Below are positions 1 to 14,300 of a stretch of 64,000 nt of DNA, piece after piece. Both the position numbers and the translations under genes were made by a program. Every line of letters begins with the position of its first letter. The first letter of the stretch is position 1. Source of the DNA: Felis catus (taxonomy: Eukaryota); the NCBI RefSeq assembly GCF_018350175.1, contig NC_058380.1, positions 91,636,001 to 91,700,000 on the forward strand. Reading direction: 5' to 3'. Under the pieces are notes generated by a model. It made no database searches and had not been told where the DNA came from. It saw nothing but the letters and a program-made list of their open reading frames with translations.

Positions 1-256
1 CCCCATCCCCAGGGCTCGACTTCCAGACTGGTGTTGTGCTGGGGGCGGGGGGTTGGGGCGGGGGGGAGACCGTGTCCACAGGTGGGCCAGAGGCTGGCAC
101 GTGGGTTGGGGCAGCCAAGGTGCCCAGGTGTTGGGTGCAGGTGTGGAGGGGCTGTCTGGGGCCCCCAGAGAGTGACCTCCCAGCCCAGAAGGGCCCCAAT
201 CAAGGCAGCAAATTGGGCAGCACAGGGCTGTGTTTTTAATTAAAAATGTCCAGCCA

Positions 257-475
257 GGGGCGCTTGGGCGGCTCGGGTGGTTAAGCGTCGGACTCTTGGT
301 TTCGATTCAGGTCACGATCTCACAAAACGTGAGATCGGGGCCGAGATGGGCTCTGCGCTGACAGTGTGGAGCCTGTTTGGGACTCTCTCTCTGTCTCTCT
401 CTCCCTCCCTCTCTCTCTGCCCCTCCCCCACTTGCACTCTCTCTCAAAATAAAAAACTGAAAAAAAAAAAAAAAA
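257..475 (+). mobile_element. Can-SINE (carnivore tRNA-derived SINE, older SINEC_Fc-like subfamily)
   Basis: GGGGCGCTTGGGCGGCTC...GGTTAAGCGTC head, TCAGGTCACGATCTCAC core, (CT)n tract and A-rich tail. Confidence 0.9.
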
Positions 476-912
476 GAGCAGCGATATGATCCTACCCAGA
501 CACAATGGCAGGACAGAGTTTTGCGCATACCCCGCTTTCCTCTGGCTCTGGGTCTGGGGAAGTGCGGGACGGAGCGGCCCAGATACCTGCTCTGTGCTGT
601 GGAAGGAAGGGTCCCAAAGGCCCAGGAGGTCCCCTGTGTCCGCGGGAGCTCTGGGTGGCCGCCCCGGGGCTGGGCTGCTGAGGCTGGTGCCCTGGTGCGT
701 GGGGAGGGGGAGCGGGTGGCAGGAAGGCCCCCGCGATGCCCTGGTCAGTCTGGATGAGCTTGCCTCCCTTGGAGCAGAGCCTCGGCTCCTTCCAGGCCAA
801 GCGCCTGCCCGGCCCTGCAGAGCTCTGCTCGGCCTAGCGAGGGGTCCCACCCTGTGCCCGGACACCACCGTGGAGGGTCAAGAAATGCAGAGCCATGGGC
901 TTTAGGAGAGTA

Positions 913-918
913 TTTATT
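913..918 (-). terminator. LCNL1: LCNL1 polyadenylation signal
   Basis: AATAAA on the minus strand, about 100 nt into a putative non-coding exon 7 (acceptor ttgtttgcag, exon starts at 1013). Confidence 0.7.
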
Positions 919-1283
919 GTGCGGGGGATGGGTGGCGGACAGAAACGGTGTGCTCCTGGGGGAAGGCCCCGTACAGCATGGCCCCCAATGGGCACTCCTG
1001 GGAGGACTCTTTCCTGCAAACAAGGGGGCAGATGTAGTGGGGTGAGCGCCGTCTTCTCGTCCCCTCCTGCCCTCCCTGGGCCCAGCCCCAGGGCCCCTCT
1101 GTCCCTGGCCACTGCTGTCTGCGGTCCCACCTTGATTCTATGGTACCCACCACCCTGCCACCTGCTCCCGGCAGGAGGGCCCCCACAGTTCAGCCTTCTG
1201 GCTAAGAGGGGTCTCCATGGGCCTCAGGGCACCGGGCGCTGCATGCTGTGGGGACGGGCGTCCAGGCCGGCCCGAGCACTCAC

Positions 1284-3229
<1,946 letters not shown>

Positions 3230-3280
3230 CCTGGAGGACGGTTCTCAGCAGGGGACCTGGGGTGGCTTCTCTTGTCCGGC

Positions 3281-3287
3281 ATTTATG
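3281..3287 (-). promoter_or_regulatory. LCNL1: TATA-like box (CATAAAT) of LCNL1
   Basis: CATAAAT about 52 nt upstream of the ATG; the same motif precedes PTGDS and LCN12. Confidence 0.6.
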
Positions 3288-4195
3288 ACCCCCAAGTGTG
3301 CTGGCGTGGCTGTCTGCTGGCCTGGGACCAAGCCCACTGAGCTAGGCTCGGATGGGGTTGTGCCCAGCTGCCCCGCCCATGCCCGGCGGCGTTTCCTGCT
3401 GGGGAGGCAGCAGGTACTTGGATGCAGGGGGAGGAGAAGTTCTGGCAGGCTTTCCGCGGTGTCTGCCCCCAGCTCTCTGCTCACACATACCCCCCGCCCA
3501 GTCCCCTCCTCCGAGAAGGCTGCCAAGAAGCTCCCCGTCCCGTCTGAGCCTCACAGCCCTCGGTGCCTCTGTAGGGCCAGGCTGAGGTTTGCCCGTGGGG
3601 GTGCGGTGCAGGGGATCCTGCCAGGAGGGCTCCGGACAGGGCCTGAGGGTTGGCAGACGGCAGGAGGTGGGGGCAGGAGGCCGGGCAGGGAGACCGTGCT
3701 CCGGGGCCCAGCGCTGGCTGTGGTGCCCGGGGTCTGGCGAACGGGCAGGGCTGTGTACTCTCGACGCCCAGGCCGGAGAACGGGGGACTGGAGGCGCTAC
3801 AGTAGCCAGAGAGGACGTGAGGTTGTCCGGTGGTCAGCCCACTCTCCGGGGCAGCCCAGGGTGGGGGGCATGGATGCCGAAGCCACCTTCCTCTCTGTCC
3901 TCTGGTAACACTGGTCCCTACCCCGTGTTCTAATCCCACACCTTCAAAAGCCCATCGGGTACAGAGCTCCCCTGGGCCTCAGGCCTCTCCGGGCTCGGGG
4001 CGAGGGGGCCAAGGGCACCTGCCTGGGGAGTAGGAGATGAGGGGGCACCACCCAGAAGCGGCCAGCAGGAGGGGCCGTGGTGCGGTCAGAGCCCAGCCTG
4101 CGCTGGGTGGGGGACGTGAGGGCGCCTCTCCGTAGCGGTCCTGACTCCGGGCCCGCCCACCGGGACCGAACACCAGTGCGCCCTTGCCCAGGGTC

Positions 4196-4295
4196 CGAGA
4201 TTTTACAGACAGGAAGGGGAGACTGAGGCCCAAAGTGAGGGGGGTGCGTGCGGTCAAGTCCCCAGGGAGCTGGCCGGAGCCAGGCCCAGGGCCCA
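4196..4295 (-). mobile_element. MIR SINE fragment
   Basis: TTTTACAGA...GAGACTGAGGCCCAAAG resembles the reverse-complement MIR core; boundaries approximate. Confidence 0.5.
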
Positions 4296-4354
4296 GAGCG
4301 GCGAGGACTGCAGGAAACACAGGCAACAGCTGGATTGTTGACTTGCTTCTGGAG

Positions 4355-4360
4355 TTTATT
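4355..4360 (-). terminator. PTGDS: PTGDS polyadenylation signal
   Basis: AATAAA on the minus strand in a putative non-coding exon 7 (acceptor tctctctgccag, exon starts at about 4488). Confidence 0.75.
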
Positions 4361-4691
4361 CTCAGAGCCAGGATAAAGTCTGAGGGGGCAGAGGTGGTGG
4401 CAGGGAGGAGCCAGGACTGGGGGCTTGGGGATCCCGGAGGAAAGAGCAGAGCAGGGCGCGATGGCCAGGTCCTGGGGGCTGGGGTCGCCTGGCAGAGAGA
4501 GCGGCACCCGTGGGTGGGGCGGGCAACACCAGCTCTCCCACCCCCAGGGTCCCCAGGTTCCTCTTTACTCCCGGGAATCTCACGGAATTCCCGGGGGAAG
4601 CCCCTCCGCCTCGGGCAGCCCCGGGACCACCCTGGGGTGGTGGGGTGGGCGATGGCAGGTACGAAGCCAGCCCACAGCCCACCACACTCAC

Positions 4692-7624
4692 CTATCTGTG
4701 CTCCTCCATGCACCTGTCTGCCAAGAAAGAACCCGGGGCCGTGGTCAGCACCCCAGGCCTGGGGCCACTTCCCCACCTGGCCCCCTCCCTGCAGCCCTGG
4801 AGAGCGGTCTCAGTGGAGCCCCCCCAAAACTGCTGAGTCCGTCACACTTCAGCACTCTCTCCCCTCCTCCAAACAAAGAGGGCGTCGTGCCCCCAGCTGG
4901 GCCCAGAGCAGGCTGCCTGCCTCAGGGGGGCCGTGGGCGCTCCGCCCAGTACGGCTGCCCCCCCTACCCCCCCCCCCCGCCATGTTCCCATAGCACCGCT
5001 GCCCTTCACAGGCATCCCAGCCCACTGGTTCTGTTTCTGGGGCCCGTTTCCCACCAGGCTAGGGACCCCTGTGTCCTGAGGGCCGCCCAGGGGCCTAGAA
5101 CACCGAGGCTGCTTGGTGAAACTGGGCCGGCGGGTGGGGGGTGGGGGTGCTGTTCCTGGAGAAGGAGTATCTTCCTGTGCTGCGCCCAGGGCTGCAGGCC
5201 AAGGTCACAGGGTGAGGACAGACTGCCCCCACTCTGGCGGCCACAGTGTGCCGGTCCGTGGGCGGTCTGACCGGATGCACTCCACCCCTCGGCCTCCCTT
5301 GAATCAGGAGACTTGCCTGCCTCAAATCTGACCTTAATCCTCTTCCCCTGAGATTAGCAGCCCCCCTCACCGGTCTTGGGCAGGAAGACAATGGCATCCT
5401 CTGTGAAGCCCCGGGTCTTGGCAAAGGTGCTGAATTTCTCCTTTACCTCAGCCCTTGGGGTCTGGGTGCGGCCTGGGGCAGGAAGGAGAAGCCACTGGCC
5501 TCAGTCGGGGAAGGTCTCTGCGGCCCCCACCCCTGCAGTTTAGGGACCCGCCCCTTGAGACCCCCATCTGTGGTCGGGTGGGCCTCCGGCCAGAGCGCGG
5601 GTCGCTGGCGTGGGGTACATACTGTAGAGAGTGGCCATGTGGAAGTCCTGGCCCGGGCTTTTTGTGCCCGCCGTGTACAAAAGCGCGTACTCCTCATAGT
5701 CCGTCGCCACCACCCACACGTCGTGGGTGCTGCCCCAGTCTGGGAATCCAGGAGAGAATCCCAGTCAGGGACCCTGTCCCCCAGCCTCTGGCCCGCTTCT
5801 GCCCCGGCTGGCTGTGGGAGGAAGCCAGGGATGATCCCCTCCCCCACCGGGACAGGCAGCCAGCCCCCAGCCTCCGCACAGCCCCTGAACCCTGCGGGGG
5901 TCCAGTGCATTCAAACCAGAAGTCCTGGGGGGTCAGCAGACAGAAAATTAGGGGCTTATGGTGCAGCCACAAACCTCTGGGCTAGAACGGGTCAGAACTG
6001 GGGAGAGACTTCCCAGTGGGAAGGCCTCCCCAAGGAAGGGGGTAGATGGTGGGGTGGGAAATGAAGAGGCCCCTGGCCCTGGTTCTGCAGAACTGTGGAG
6101 AGGTGTGAGGGGGGCTGGGGGGCTACCCCAGTGTGCTCCGTCTGGCCAGCAGAGCAGAGGCCGGCAGCAAAGATCTGGGGGAAATTCCATCATGGGGGCG
6201 GGCAGGGAGGGGCCTGGAGGTGGGCTCCAAAGAGGATCCAGTGTCCTAGAGAGAGGGTTCCTGGTCCCCCACCCGGGAGCCTGGGGTCGATCGGGCCAGG
6301 CCTTGGGCTAGCTGACCCCGACGAAGGGGCCACCAGCCCACTCCGTGTACTGCTGGGGCAGGAGGGTTGCCCAGAGCCACCGCCTGCAGGTTGCCCAGGG
6401 CTGGACCCAGGGGTCCCCAGCAGGGGGGCCTCACTCACGGGGACTCGTGTAGCTGTAGCAGCCTGGGGTTTCCGCCGGCCGCAGCAGCAGGGTCCGGGTC
6501 TCACACTGGTCTTTCCTGTGGGCAGGTCACCGAAGGGGTCAGGGGTCAGGCCGGGGGCTGTCCCTAGATCGTGACCGTGGGGCGGGGAGCTCTCGGCCCC
6601 CCCACCCCCAAGCGCGCGCCGCCCCGCCCACCTGAGGAAGGTGGTGGTGAGGTTGAGGCCTCCTTCCGCGCTGGGGGCCACCACTGATATGCACATGGAC
6701 AGCGCGTTCTTCTTCTCCCGGAACCAGCTCGAGTTGGAGGCGAGGCCCGAGGTGAACCAGCGCCCCAGGAACTGCGGCGAACGGACCCCGCTCGGGTCGG
6801 CCAGGACCCTCCTGGACCGACCTGGGTGGGGGCGCCCCCGCCCCCGCCCCCGCCCCTCCCCTCCGGTCTCCAGCCGGGCCCCGCCCCTCCGGTCTCCAGC
6901 CGGGCCCCGCCCCTCCGGTCTCCAGCCGGGCCCCGCCCAGGCCCCGCCCCCAGGGGCCCGTCACGCCCCCCGCCGTCCCCTCCGCTCGGCCGGGCTCGGT
7001 CGGTCGCGGGAGCGGGCGGCAGAGGGCGCCCCGGCCGTCCCTGGAGGGGTTGGGCGGCCGCGACGCCGGGGGAAGGGGCGCGGGGCGGGGCGCGTGGGCG
7101 GGAGGACCGACTGAGCGCGCCCCGTTCCCGCGGCCCTCCTCGCGTGCCGTCCCCGTCGGCGCGCTCGCGCACGATGCGTCCTGAGACCCGGGTGTGGGAC
7201 GTGTGCCTGCTTTCCTCCGGGCGTCGTGAGCTGAGAGGGGTGGCCGTGTTTGGACGGCGCACGCCCGCGCTCGGCCCGCGTGTCCGCAGGTGCCGTGTGC
7301 GCGCTCACGGACACAGGTCGGCCTCCGTGGCTCAGTTCTCTTGGTCGGCGAATTGCTTTAGGCCCAGGGAGGCGGGTGGTTCTCCCGCTCGGCCTCCTCC
7401 TTCGCTCAGCTCCCCTCTTCCCGGGAAGACATCTCGGCCCCCTGCAGAGCGCCCCCCTCCCCTCGCAGCGCCCTGTGCCGCCTTGGGGACTGGGCAGGGG
7501 AGCCTCTCACCTTGTCCTGTTGGAAGTTGGGCTGCAGGGAGACCTGGGCCTGGGCCCGCGTCTGCAGGACTCCCAGGACTCCCAGCAGGACCAGCCCCAT
7601 CCACAGCGTGTGCAGAGCGGCCAT
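4692..7624 (-). CDS. PTGDS: Prostaglandin-H2 D-isomerase (lipocalin-type PGD2 synthase), 191 aa
   Basis: Exons 7624-7511, 6771-6632, 6515-6439, 5739-5623, 5472-5371, 4717-4692; GT-AG, 576 nt. Protein [21 protein letters not shown]...[31 protein letters not shown] (catalytic Cys65)...TDYEEY...LYSRTQ...DRCMEEHR*. Confidence 0.97.
6560..7340. other. Intragenic CpG island over PTGDS exon 2 and intron 1
   Basis: Very high density of CpG and GC boxes by eye; boundaries approximate. Confidence 0.7.
6859..6936 (+). repeat. 26-bp minisatellite x3 in PTGDS intron 1
   Basis: CCCTCCGGTCTCCAGCCGGGCCCCGC starting at 6859, 6885 and 6911, perfect copies. Confidence 0.9.
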
Positions 7625-7721
7625 TGTCCTGGAGCTGAATAGCCACCCGGGCCGGTGGTGCCAGCAGTGCGGGTGGAGTGAGGGAGCCGGCAGGAGGAGC
7701 AGAGGCCACTGGAGAGACCCC

Positions 7722-7729
7722 TATTTATG
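7722..7729 (-). promoter_or_regulatory. PTGDS: PTGDS TATA box (CATAAATA)
   Basis: ATAAATA about 100 nt upstream of the ATG. Confidence 0.75.
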
Positions 7730-9375
7730 GGCCTGGCTTGGCCTCCACCCAGGGCCCAGGGACAGCCCACTGCAGGCTCGTGATGCTGGGGGAGGACAGA
7801 GCCGGGAGCCCAGCTGCAGGCTTGCCCCCCACACGGCTGCTTATGTAAGAGGCTCTGACCCGGACCCTCCTGGGCCCTGCCACCTGGGGCTGAGTTTGGG
7901 GCGGGGGTTGGGGGGGTTGCAGGCAGAGGCTCCTGCAAACTTCATCCTCCCTCCAGTCCCCGCAGCCTGGAGGGGGGTGGGGGCACGTGCCCCGGGGCCT
8001 CCGGCCACTTCTGGGCCCGGGACCCCCTCTCACAAGCCCTACCGTCATTCTGTCTCCAGGTCCAGGGACCCTGGGAGGGGACACTGTTCATACGGTATGA
8101 GTTTGGTCCTGGAAGGCCTGGCGGGCTGGGTGGTGACAGGAAACTTGGGCCCAGGTAAAGGAACCCAGTCTGCCCCTCAGTGCGGCCGGAGGGCCAGGTG
8201 TGCGGGGCACGGCTTCCCCACGGTCAGCTGTCGGGGCTCTGGCCTGTGGTCCCCTGGGTACCCTTCTCAGCCTGGGCCCCCCCTTCGTGCGGGGCCCGCC
8301 CACCAGTGTGGCCCAGCAGCACCACGTGAGACTCGGGGCAGTCCCTACCTAGGGCACCCACCGAGACCAGGGCTGCTCACGGCCACGTGTCTCCCCGCCA
8401 GCACAGGACTCAGGGACACCCCCACCTTACAGAGAGGGCTGCTTCCAGAACTCACACGTGTCGCCTTGCCTCTGCTCCAGCCCAAGGTCACCCCAGGCCG
8501 GCGGGGTCTCAGCTCAGGGCTAAGTGGGGTTGACAGCGCCGACCAGCTATGAGTGGGTTGGGTGTGAGTGTCCTGAGGGAGGCGGGGAGCCTGGGCTCTG
8601 ACCCCGGGAGAGAAGACGAACCAGGGCAGAGTTCCCGTGTGGGTGCAGACACAGAGGGGCTATAGGTGTGGCCCATGGAGGACAGGAGCCCGTCATCTCC
8701 GGGCACAGGCCCAGCGCATTCAGGGGGTGCCGGCTCCTGTCCCAGGGCTTCTGCCCAGAAGCTGGGTTCTTGGCAGCCCTGGCCTCTGGTTTTGGAATGG
8801 CCCGGAGGCTGTTCAGAAATGATCAAAGGGAGGCACAGGGTCAGGTCAGCGCCCTAAATGGGACCAGCATGGGCACTGCCACCCACCTTGCGAGGGCAGT
8901 GGGGTGGGTACCAGGTCCAGGGATCCTGGTGATGTCAGGGCACCGGGCTTCCTGGCCCTGGCTAGACCCCTGCCACGGGACCATTGCAGGTGGCCGCGCG
9001 TGCCCTGGTGGGACTGGGCTCCCCTTCTGAGGCCGGGATCTCAAAACTGCTGGTGAAAACAGGTGTGGCCGTCCTGTGGGAAGGGCTGAGTGGCTGCGGG
9101 GAGGGCCCGGGACACCACAGGTCGGAGCCTGACTCTTCTTCCCTCGACACCTTTGCCCTGCAGCCCTGATGGAGGCCAGGGATGTGAGATTGGCGTGTGC
9201 TGCCCTTTGTCCCCCCTCCCCCGTGACCCAGGAGTGCGGGAGCACAGGCTGGGGCTTATTTAGGGGGTACTGTGGAGCTACATCATCACGGCAGCTGGGG
9301 GAGCAGTTGGGTGGGCAGAGGCCAACGTGAGGGGGTGAGGTGGCAAGAGACAGGAGATGCCCAAGAGGGTGACTG

Positions 9376-9565
9376 GCAGCGGTGCAGGGGAGGGGGTGGG
9401 GGTGCAGGGGAGGAGGGGGGTGGTGCGGGGGAGGGGGGCAGCAGTGCAGGGGAGGGGGTGGGGGTGCAGGGGAGGAGGGGGGAGGTGCCAGGGAGGGGGG
9501 CAACAGCAGGGGAGGGGGTGGGGGTGCAGGGGAGGGAGGCAGCGGTGCAGGGGAGGGGGCAGAGG
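9376..9565 (+). repeat. G-rich minisatellite (GTGCAGGGGAGGGGG-type units), G-quadruplex-prone
   Basis: About 20-nt degenerate units arranged in an approximately 62-nt higher-order repeat. Confidence 0.85.
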
Positions 9566-11282
9566 CAGGCCTGAGACTCCCACCCTTCCACCCTGGCCTC
9601 CTGTACCTCGGGAGGGCACAGTCCTCAGGTGCTGTCTGTGCACTGGGCTGTGGGATGACAGTCCATCAGAACAGGCAGCCGTTGGGGGCCTGACCCCACA
9701 GGACCCTGCACTGGCCCAGGAATAGATCTTGGAGTTCCTTTCAGGCTGGGACGGGGGCAGGAAGAGGAAGGTGGCAGGAAGGCCTGGGGGACACCGGTTG
9801 CACCCCGTGTGGGCACCAGGTCTCCTGTCCGTTCGTCGGCCGACAGCCCTTTGGCCTTAGAGAGACCCGCGGCTCTCTGAGTGGCTGGGCTAGAGGTCCC
9901 TTTCCAGGCCAGGCCACCCCTGGACAGGAGGACCTCTGTCAGTGGTGAGCACATGTCCCACGGCAAGGCGGCAAGGTGACCCAGGACGCCGGACCAAGGG
10001 CGTGGAGGGAGAGGTGATCTAGGGCAGCAGGACCCCGGACATGTGGGCCTCAACAGCTGTCATCTGGGCCAACCTCCAGGAGGGGCCCTTGCAGCTGGAT
10101 CCCCAGGGGGGTGTCCCACGGATCCTGGTGGTGGGACAAGGTCCTCCTGAGGACAGAGTGGCTCCTGGAGGCCCCGGGTGTCTGGCCCCCAGACCCAGTG
10201 CCAGGGACTGAGTCCCTCTTCCTCCATTTCCCTGGTGGGGGGCAGAAGGCCAGGCAGCCCCCACGCCCCTTCTCCCCCAGTGGCCGTTACCGGTGGGGAC
10301 GACGTGCTTGTGGGTGAGGACAGAGGCCCAGAGGAGCAGGAACTGCCCCTTGGTCCCCCTGTGGCCCAGGTGGCTTTCCGTGAACATTGTGGAGGACAGG
10401 GCCTGACCTCGGTGGGGGGGGCCCTGGGTCCGGGCAGGGCTGGCTGCTCTCATCTCGGGTCCCTGCGTGGTGGGGTGCAGACTTCTAGAAGGGTGTCCAG
10501 TACCCTGCTTGCCAGAAACCTGGAGGGGCACGACAGAGAACCGGCTGTCTGGGCCCACCCCCCGTGGCGTCGGAGCCCCTCCAGGGGGAAGGGGACCCTG
10601 CCCTGCCAGCACAGGCCGCCACCCAGGGAGGCACATCTGTGTGTGGGGTGGGCCGTGTGCGCCCCTTCGGGAGGCCCCGCTGCCTGTGCTGCTCCGGCGG
10701 GCGGCACGCTGAGCTCACGCTTTGGGACCCAGAAGGGGGTGACCACCCAGGCAAGATGGGGGCCGGGGCTGCAGCCGGAGGGGCCACGAGCCTCATGCCC
10801 CCAGCCCAGCCCGTGGTCAGAGGAGACCCTCCCCTCTCCGGGGGCCTTCCCTGCATAGCCCTCCCCCGGGTGCTGCCTCCGTCTCCTGGGCGACATGCTG
10901 AGGCTCCAGTCTCCTCTGCCAGTGGCTCCCCCAGCTCCTAGAATGACCCTCGAGCCCCTTCCCACTGTCCCTGGCCCCCAGAGCAGAGTTCCCGACACCT
11001 ACCTTCTCCACTCCCGCCCCCCAAGTGCTCCGGTAACAGGGCTGCCCAGCGGCCAGAGCCGGACACCCTGGGCTGGCCAGTGGGGGGTCCGTAGCCCCTT
11101 ACCCAAGTCCTCATCTGCCCCTCCCGGCACCTCCCACCCATAGTGAGCACCCCGACGCACACTGGTCTCCCAGCCTGCACCCTGCCATCACGTTCCTGCT
11201 GCGGCCCTGAGGACCCCGCCAATGTGGACCAGGGTGACCCTGGTTCGGCAGGGACGGGGTGATGCTGGCTGGTGGCTGGCGG

Positions 11283-11358
11283 CTCTGAGCCTCAGTTTCC
11301 CTATCTGTGCAGAGGAGTGGGGATGCTCCCACCTCACAGGACTCATGGGAGTTAGGGG
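11283..11358 (+). mobile_element. MIR SINE core fragment
   Basis: CTCTGAGCCTCAGTTTCCCTATCTGT...CACCTCACAGG matches the MIR core. Confidence 0.7.
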
Positions 11359-14300
11359 GTATGGCTCTCCCAGCTCTTGGGACAGATCTGCTCCCGGGAA
11401 CCTCTCTGTGGCAAATGGGGAGCTTCTGTCCGCCTGTGGGCAGAGCTGGGCTGAGGCCGGGGCCCTGGGCCCTCCCCCCTGCTCCGGGCCCTCTCCCCAA
11501 TCCTTCTGGAAGGGGACCCTGAGCAGATGTGGGGGAGGGGGGTGCCTGGGGCACAATTCTGGGGCTCAGTAGGTAGGTGCCCCGCAGCCACTGGGTCCGG
11601 CAGGTAGGGGAAGAGGCACCCTGAGAGCTCAGTCACCTTTGCCTGGTCCAGGTAGGGTCCTGCTGAGCTGAGCTGCTTGTAAGATGTCGGCCCCCTTCTC
11701 CCCCACCCCCTCGGATGGTGCATGATGGAGGCCTGGGGGGGGGGGCAGGCGGGGGCGTCCAGGAGCCCCCCCTTGGTCCCTCCCCGCCTCTGCCTCTGCG
11801 GTCACGGGACTGCCCCCGCACCCTCTGCTCTGAGCTGCGCCCTGTGTGGCCGGCTGCCCCGGGCTGGGCGGTCTCTGCCCTCCGGGGGCCCCTGCTCAGC
11901 TGATGTGGGGACGGGGGATGGGGTGCGAACGTGCTGGATGCTGGGGCTGGTGAGGCCCCTCCTGGCACCCACTGAAAGCAGGCACGCCCGGCCTGGCAAA
12001 CCAGGCGTCGCTTTGTGGCTCGCAGAGGGCCGGGCGGGGTGGCTGACGGTGCATGTTCCTGACCCGCCAGGGCAGGGTCCCGCTCTGAGCCTGCGGGACA
12101 GACGGAGGTGTCTCCGGAGCCCCACGCCAGGACCTGGCGGGGGAGAGATGCCCGGAGGCTGACCTGGGAGCCCCCCCCCCGCCCCCGACCTCAGGTCAGG
12201 CCCTCGGCAGCACGCAGACAGCTCTGGACGCAGGGACTTCTGGGGCCCCGTGGCCAGAGACCCAGCCGGGCGCTGCTGAGCTGCCCAGCAGAGACCTGGG
12301 GCCCAGGCGGAGGCGGAGGACAGCCATCTGCCTGTGGAGCCGCTCTGGAAGGCAGGGATGCCAGGAGTGGGCCTCATCCTTGAGAGGTCATCGAAGCCAC
12401 TCCCCTGCCTCTGGCCCGCCAGGTCAGACACAAACCCGGGGCCCAGGCCCAGCCTTGAGCTCATCCTCCGGGGGGGGCGGGCAGTGTCCCCCACAGATGG
12501 TTGGCTCTCCAGGGCCGAGTCTGTCCCAGCGCTGGTGGCTTCTCACTGACCTGCAGCTGACAGTGTCCTCTGGCCTCCGATAGGGACCTTGTGGACCCTC
12601 CCACCTTCTACTTGGCAATCAGCCGCCCCCCCCCCCACCCCCACCGACCCAAGCTTGTGGGAAGGGGCCTTGAAGGAACCCTGAGTGGGTGGGCAGAGGC
12701 GGCCCCTCTAGACCCCACCCTACCCCCTCAGGCCCTGCCCCCTGCCCTCTGGAGGTGCCTCTCAGCCCGGGGGGCGGGGGGCTTACCCCACCCCAAGATT
12801 CTCCTCGCATGGAAGGTGTTGAGGAGACTGGCTGGTGGATCCCCAAGGATCTTAAATAGGGAAGACGCCCTGAGTCACAAGAAGCTGCTAGACAGAATAT
12901 TCTGGAAAATCCCCAAAGGCCTTCTCCCTTTCTCCGCCCCCTCCCCAGGATCTTGCATCAGCCCTATCTCCAGGGCCATATTGGGAAAGATGGCCATTGC
13001 CAGGTGCCAGCACCGGCCAGACCTGGAGCAGAGAGCGGGGGGCGGCAAGGTTATGCACCTGGTGGGGCACTGGGACCCACCGAGGGAGTGGGGTGCTGGG
13101 TCCGCAGCATGGCACGAGGGCAGGTGCCGCGGGGGCAGGCAGCTCAGACCTCAAGTACAGGGAGCGTTCTATACCCCTCCCCCGCCCCAGCTCCCAGACC
13201 GGCCCAGCCTTCAGGGCCCCGGGAAAGAAGGCCGCCCGGGACGGAGACAGGATGGGCGCAGGGGGACCAGTGGGGTGTGTCTTGCCCGGTCTGGGCGGAA
13301 ATGCAGAGAAGGCCTTGTGCGGGAACACCCTGAGTCCAGGGGCCTCCTTAGACCCAAGAGCGGCTCTCCAGTGGGGGAACCTGGGTGAGGCTGACCCCTC
13401 CTGGTAACCTGAGGCCGCTTCGGGCCAGGAGGAACCCAGGGCTGGCAGAGGGAGAGGAGCCTGCCCCCTTCAGTGCTCCTGTAAGCCCACGGCCTTCCAT
13501 AACCGTGACAGTCAGCGTCAGGGTGACCCGGACAGATGGCCTCCAGAATCCAACCAGGCAGTGGGTGTGGGGGGGTCAAAGCACACCCCCTCACTTGTTT
13601 GAGGGCTGGGTGAGAGGTCTTCGGGCTCCTGTGCCCCGTGCGCCCTGGGGGCATCGGCAGATGGGCCCTCCCGGGTCACCACCAGCTAGCCCAGGTATCC
13701 CTCTCCTCGAAGACCCCAAAGCCAGAGGACAGTTTTGTGTGGAGGCTGGCTCATCCAGGGCTCCCGTGGAGTCTCCCGATTCTGGAAGTTTCCTTGCCTC
13801 TATGGCCTGGCCACATCAGGCTGGCCCAGGCGACTCCAGGACCTCCTGGCCCCAGCAGAGGAAATCAAGTCTCCCGCTGTGGCCCAAGCCCCTGGTCTTT
13901 GGTCGTGGGCCTGACCATGCCCCCGACGTGGGCTCTCCTGCCTTTCCCTGGGGACTCGGGGTGACTTCAAGGGGATGGGACCACAGCTCTGAGCAGGGCC
14001 AGCCCCAGGGTGGGCACCTAGCAGGGCTGCGGGAAGGGCGCTCTTGGCCCTGTGGGCCTGGGCACGTCCTGGCACCCCAGGAAGCCCTCTGGGGTCCTTG
14101 CTCCCCGGGCCCTTGGCTGGCCTCCGATACATGCCATCAGAGATGGCCCGTGCGTAAGGGCGGCTCTGTGGGTCCTGAGAGCCCAGGACGGTGCCCGGTC
14201 CTCAGGGCGAAGGCACCCGAGGGTTAAGTGAGGACGGGGTTGGAGAGGACATCTCACTGCGGCCTGGGTCTAGAACCTGGGTGCTCTGGGAGCCACCCAC

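Noticed and set aside
257-475. tRNA-like A/B boxes as tRNA genes (here and in the other SINEs)
   Set aside because: These are tRNA-derived Can-SINE heads with CT tracts and A tails, not cloverleaf tRNAs
6524-6548. Nuclear-receptor half-site array AGGTCA/GGGTCA in PTGDS intron 2
   Set aside because: On the sense strand these are CTGAC branch-point and pyrimidine-tract elements just upstream of the exon 3 acceptor
6859-9565. Repeat arrays as CRISPR-like structures
   Set aside because: Head-to-tail tandem units with no unique spacers, in a eukaryotic context with no cas genes
10200-10350. cag|TTC CTG CTC CTC TGG resembling a lipocalin exon 2 start
   Set aside because: Lacks the Gly of GxW, has a poor pyrimidine tract and no further similarity
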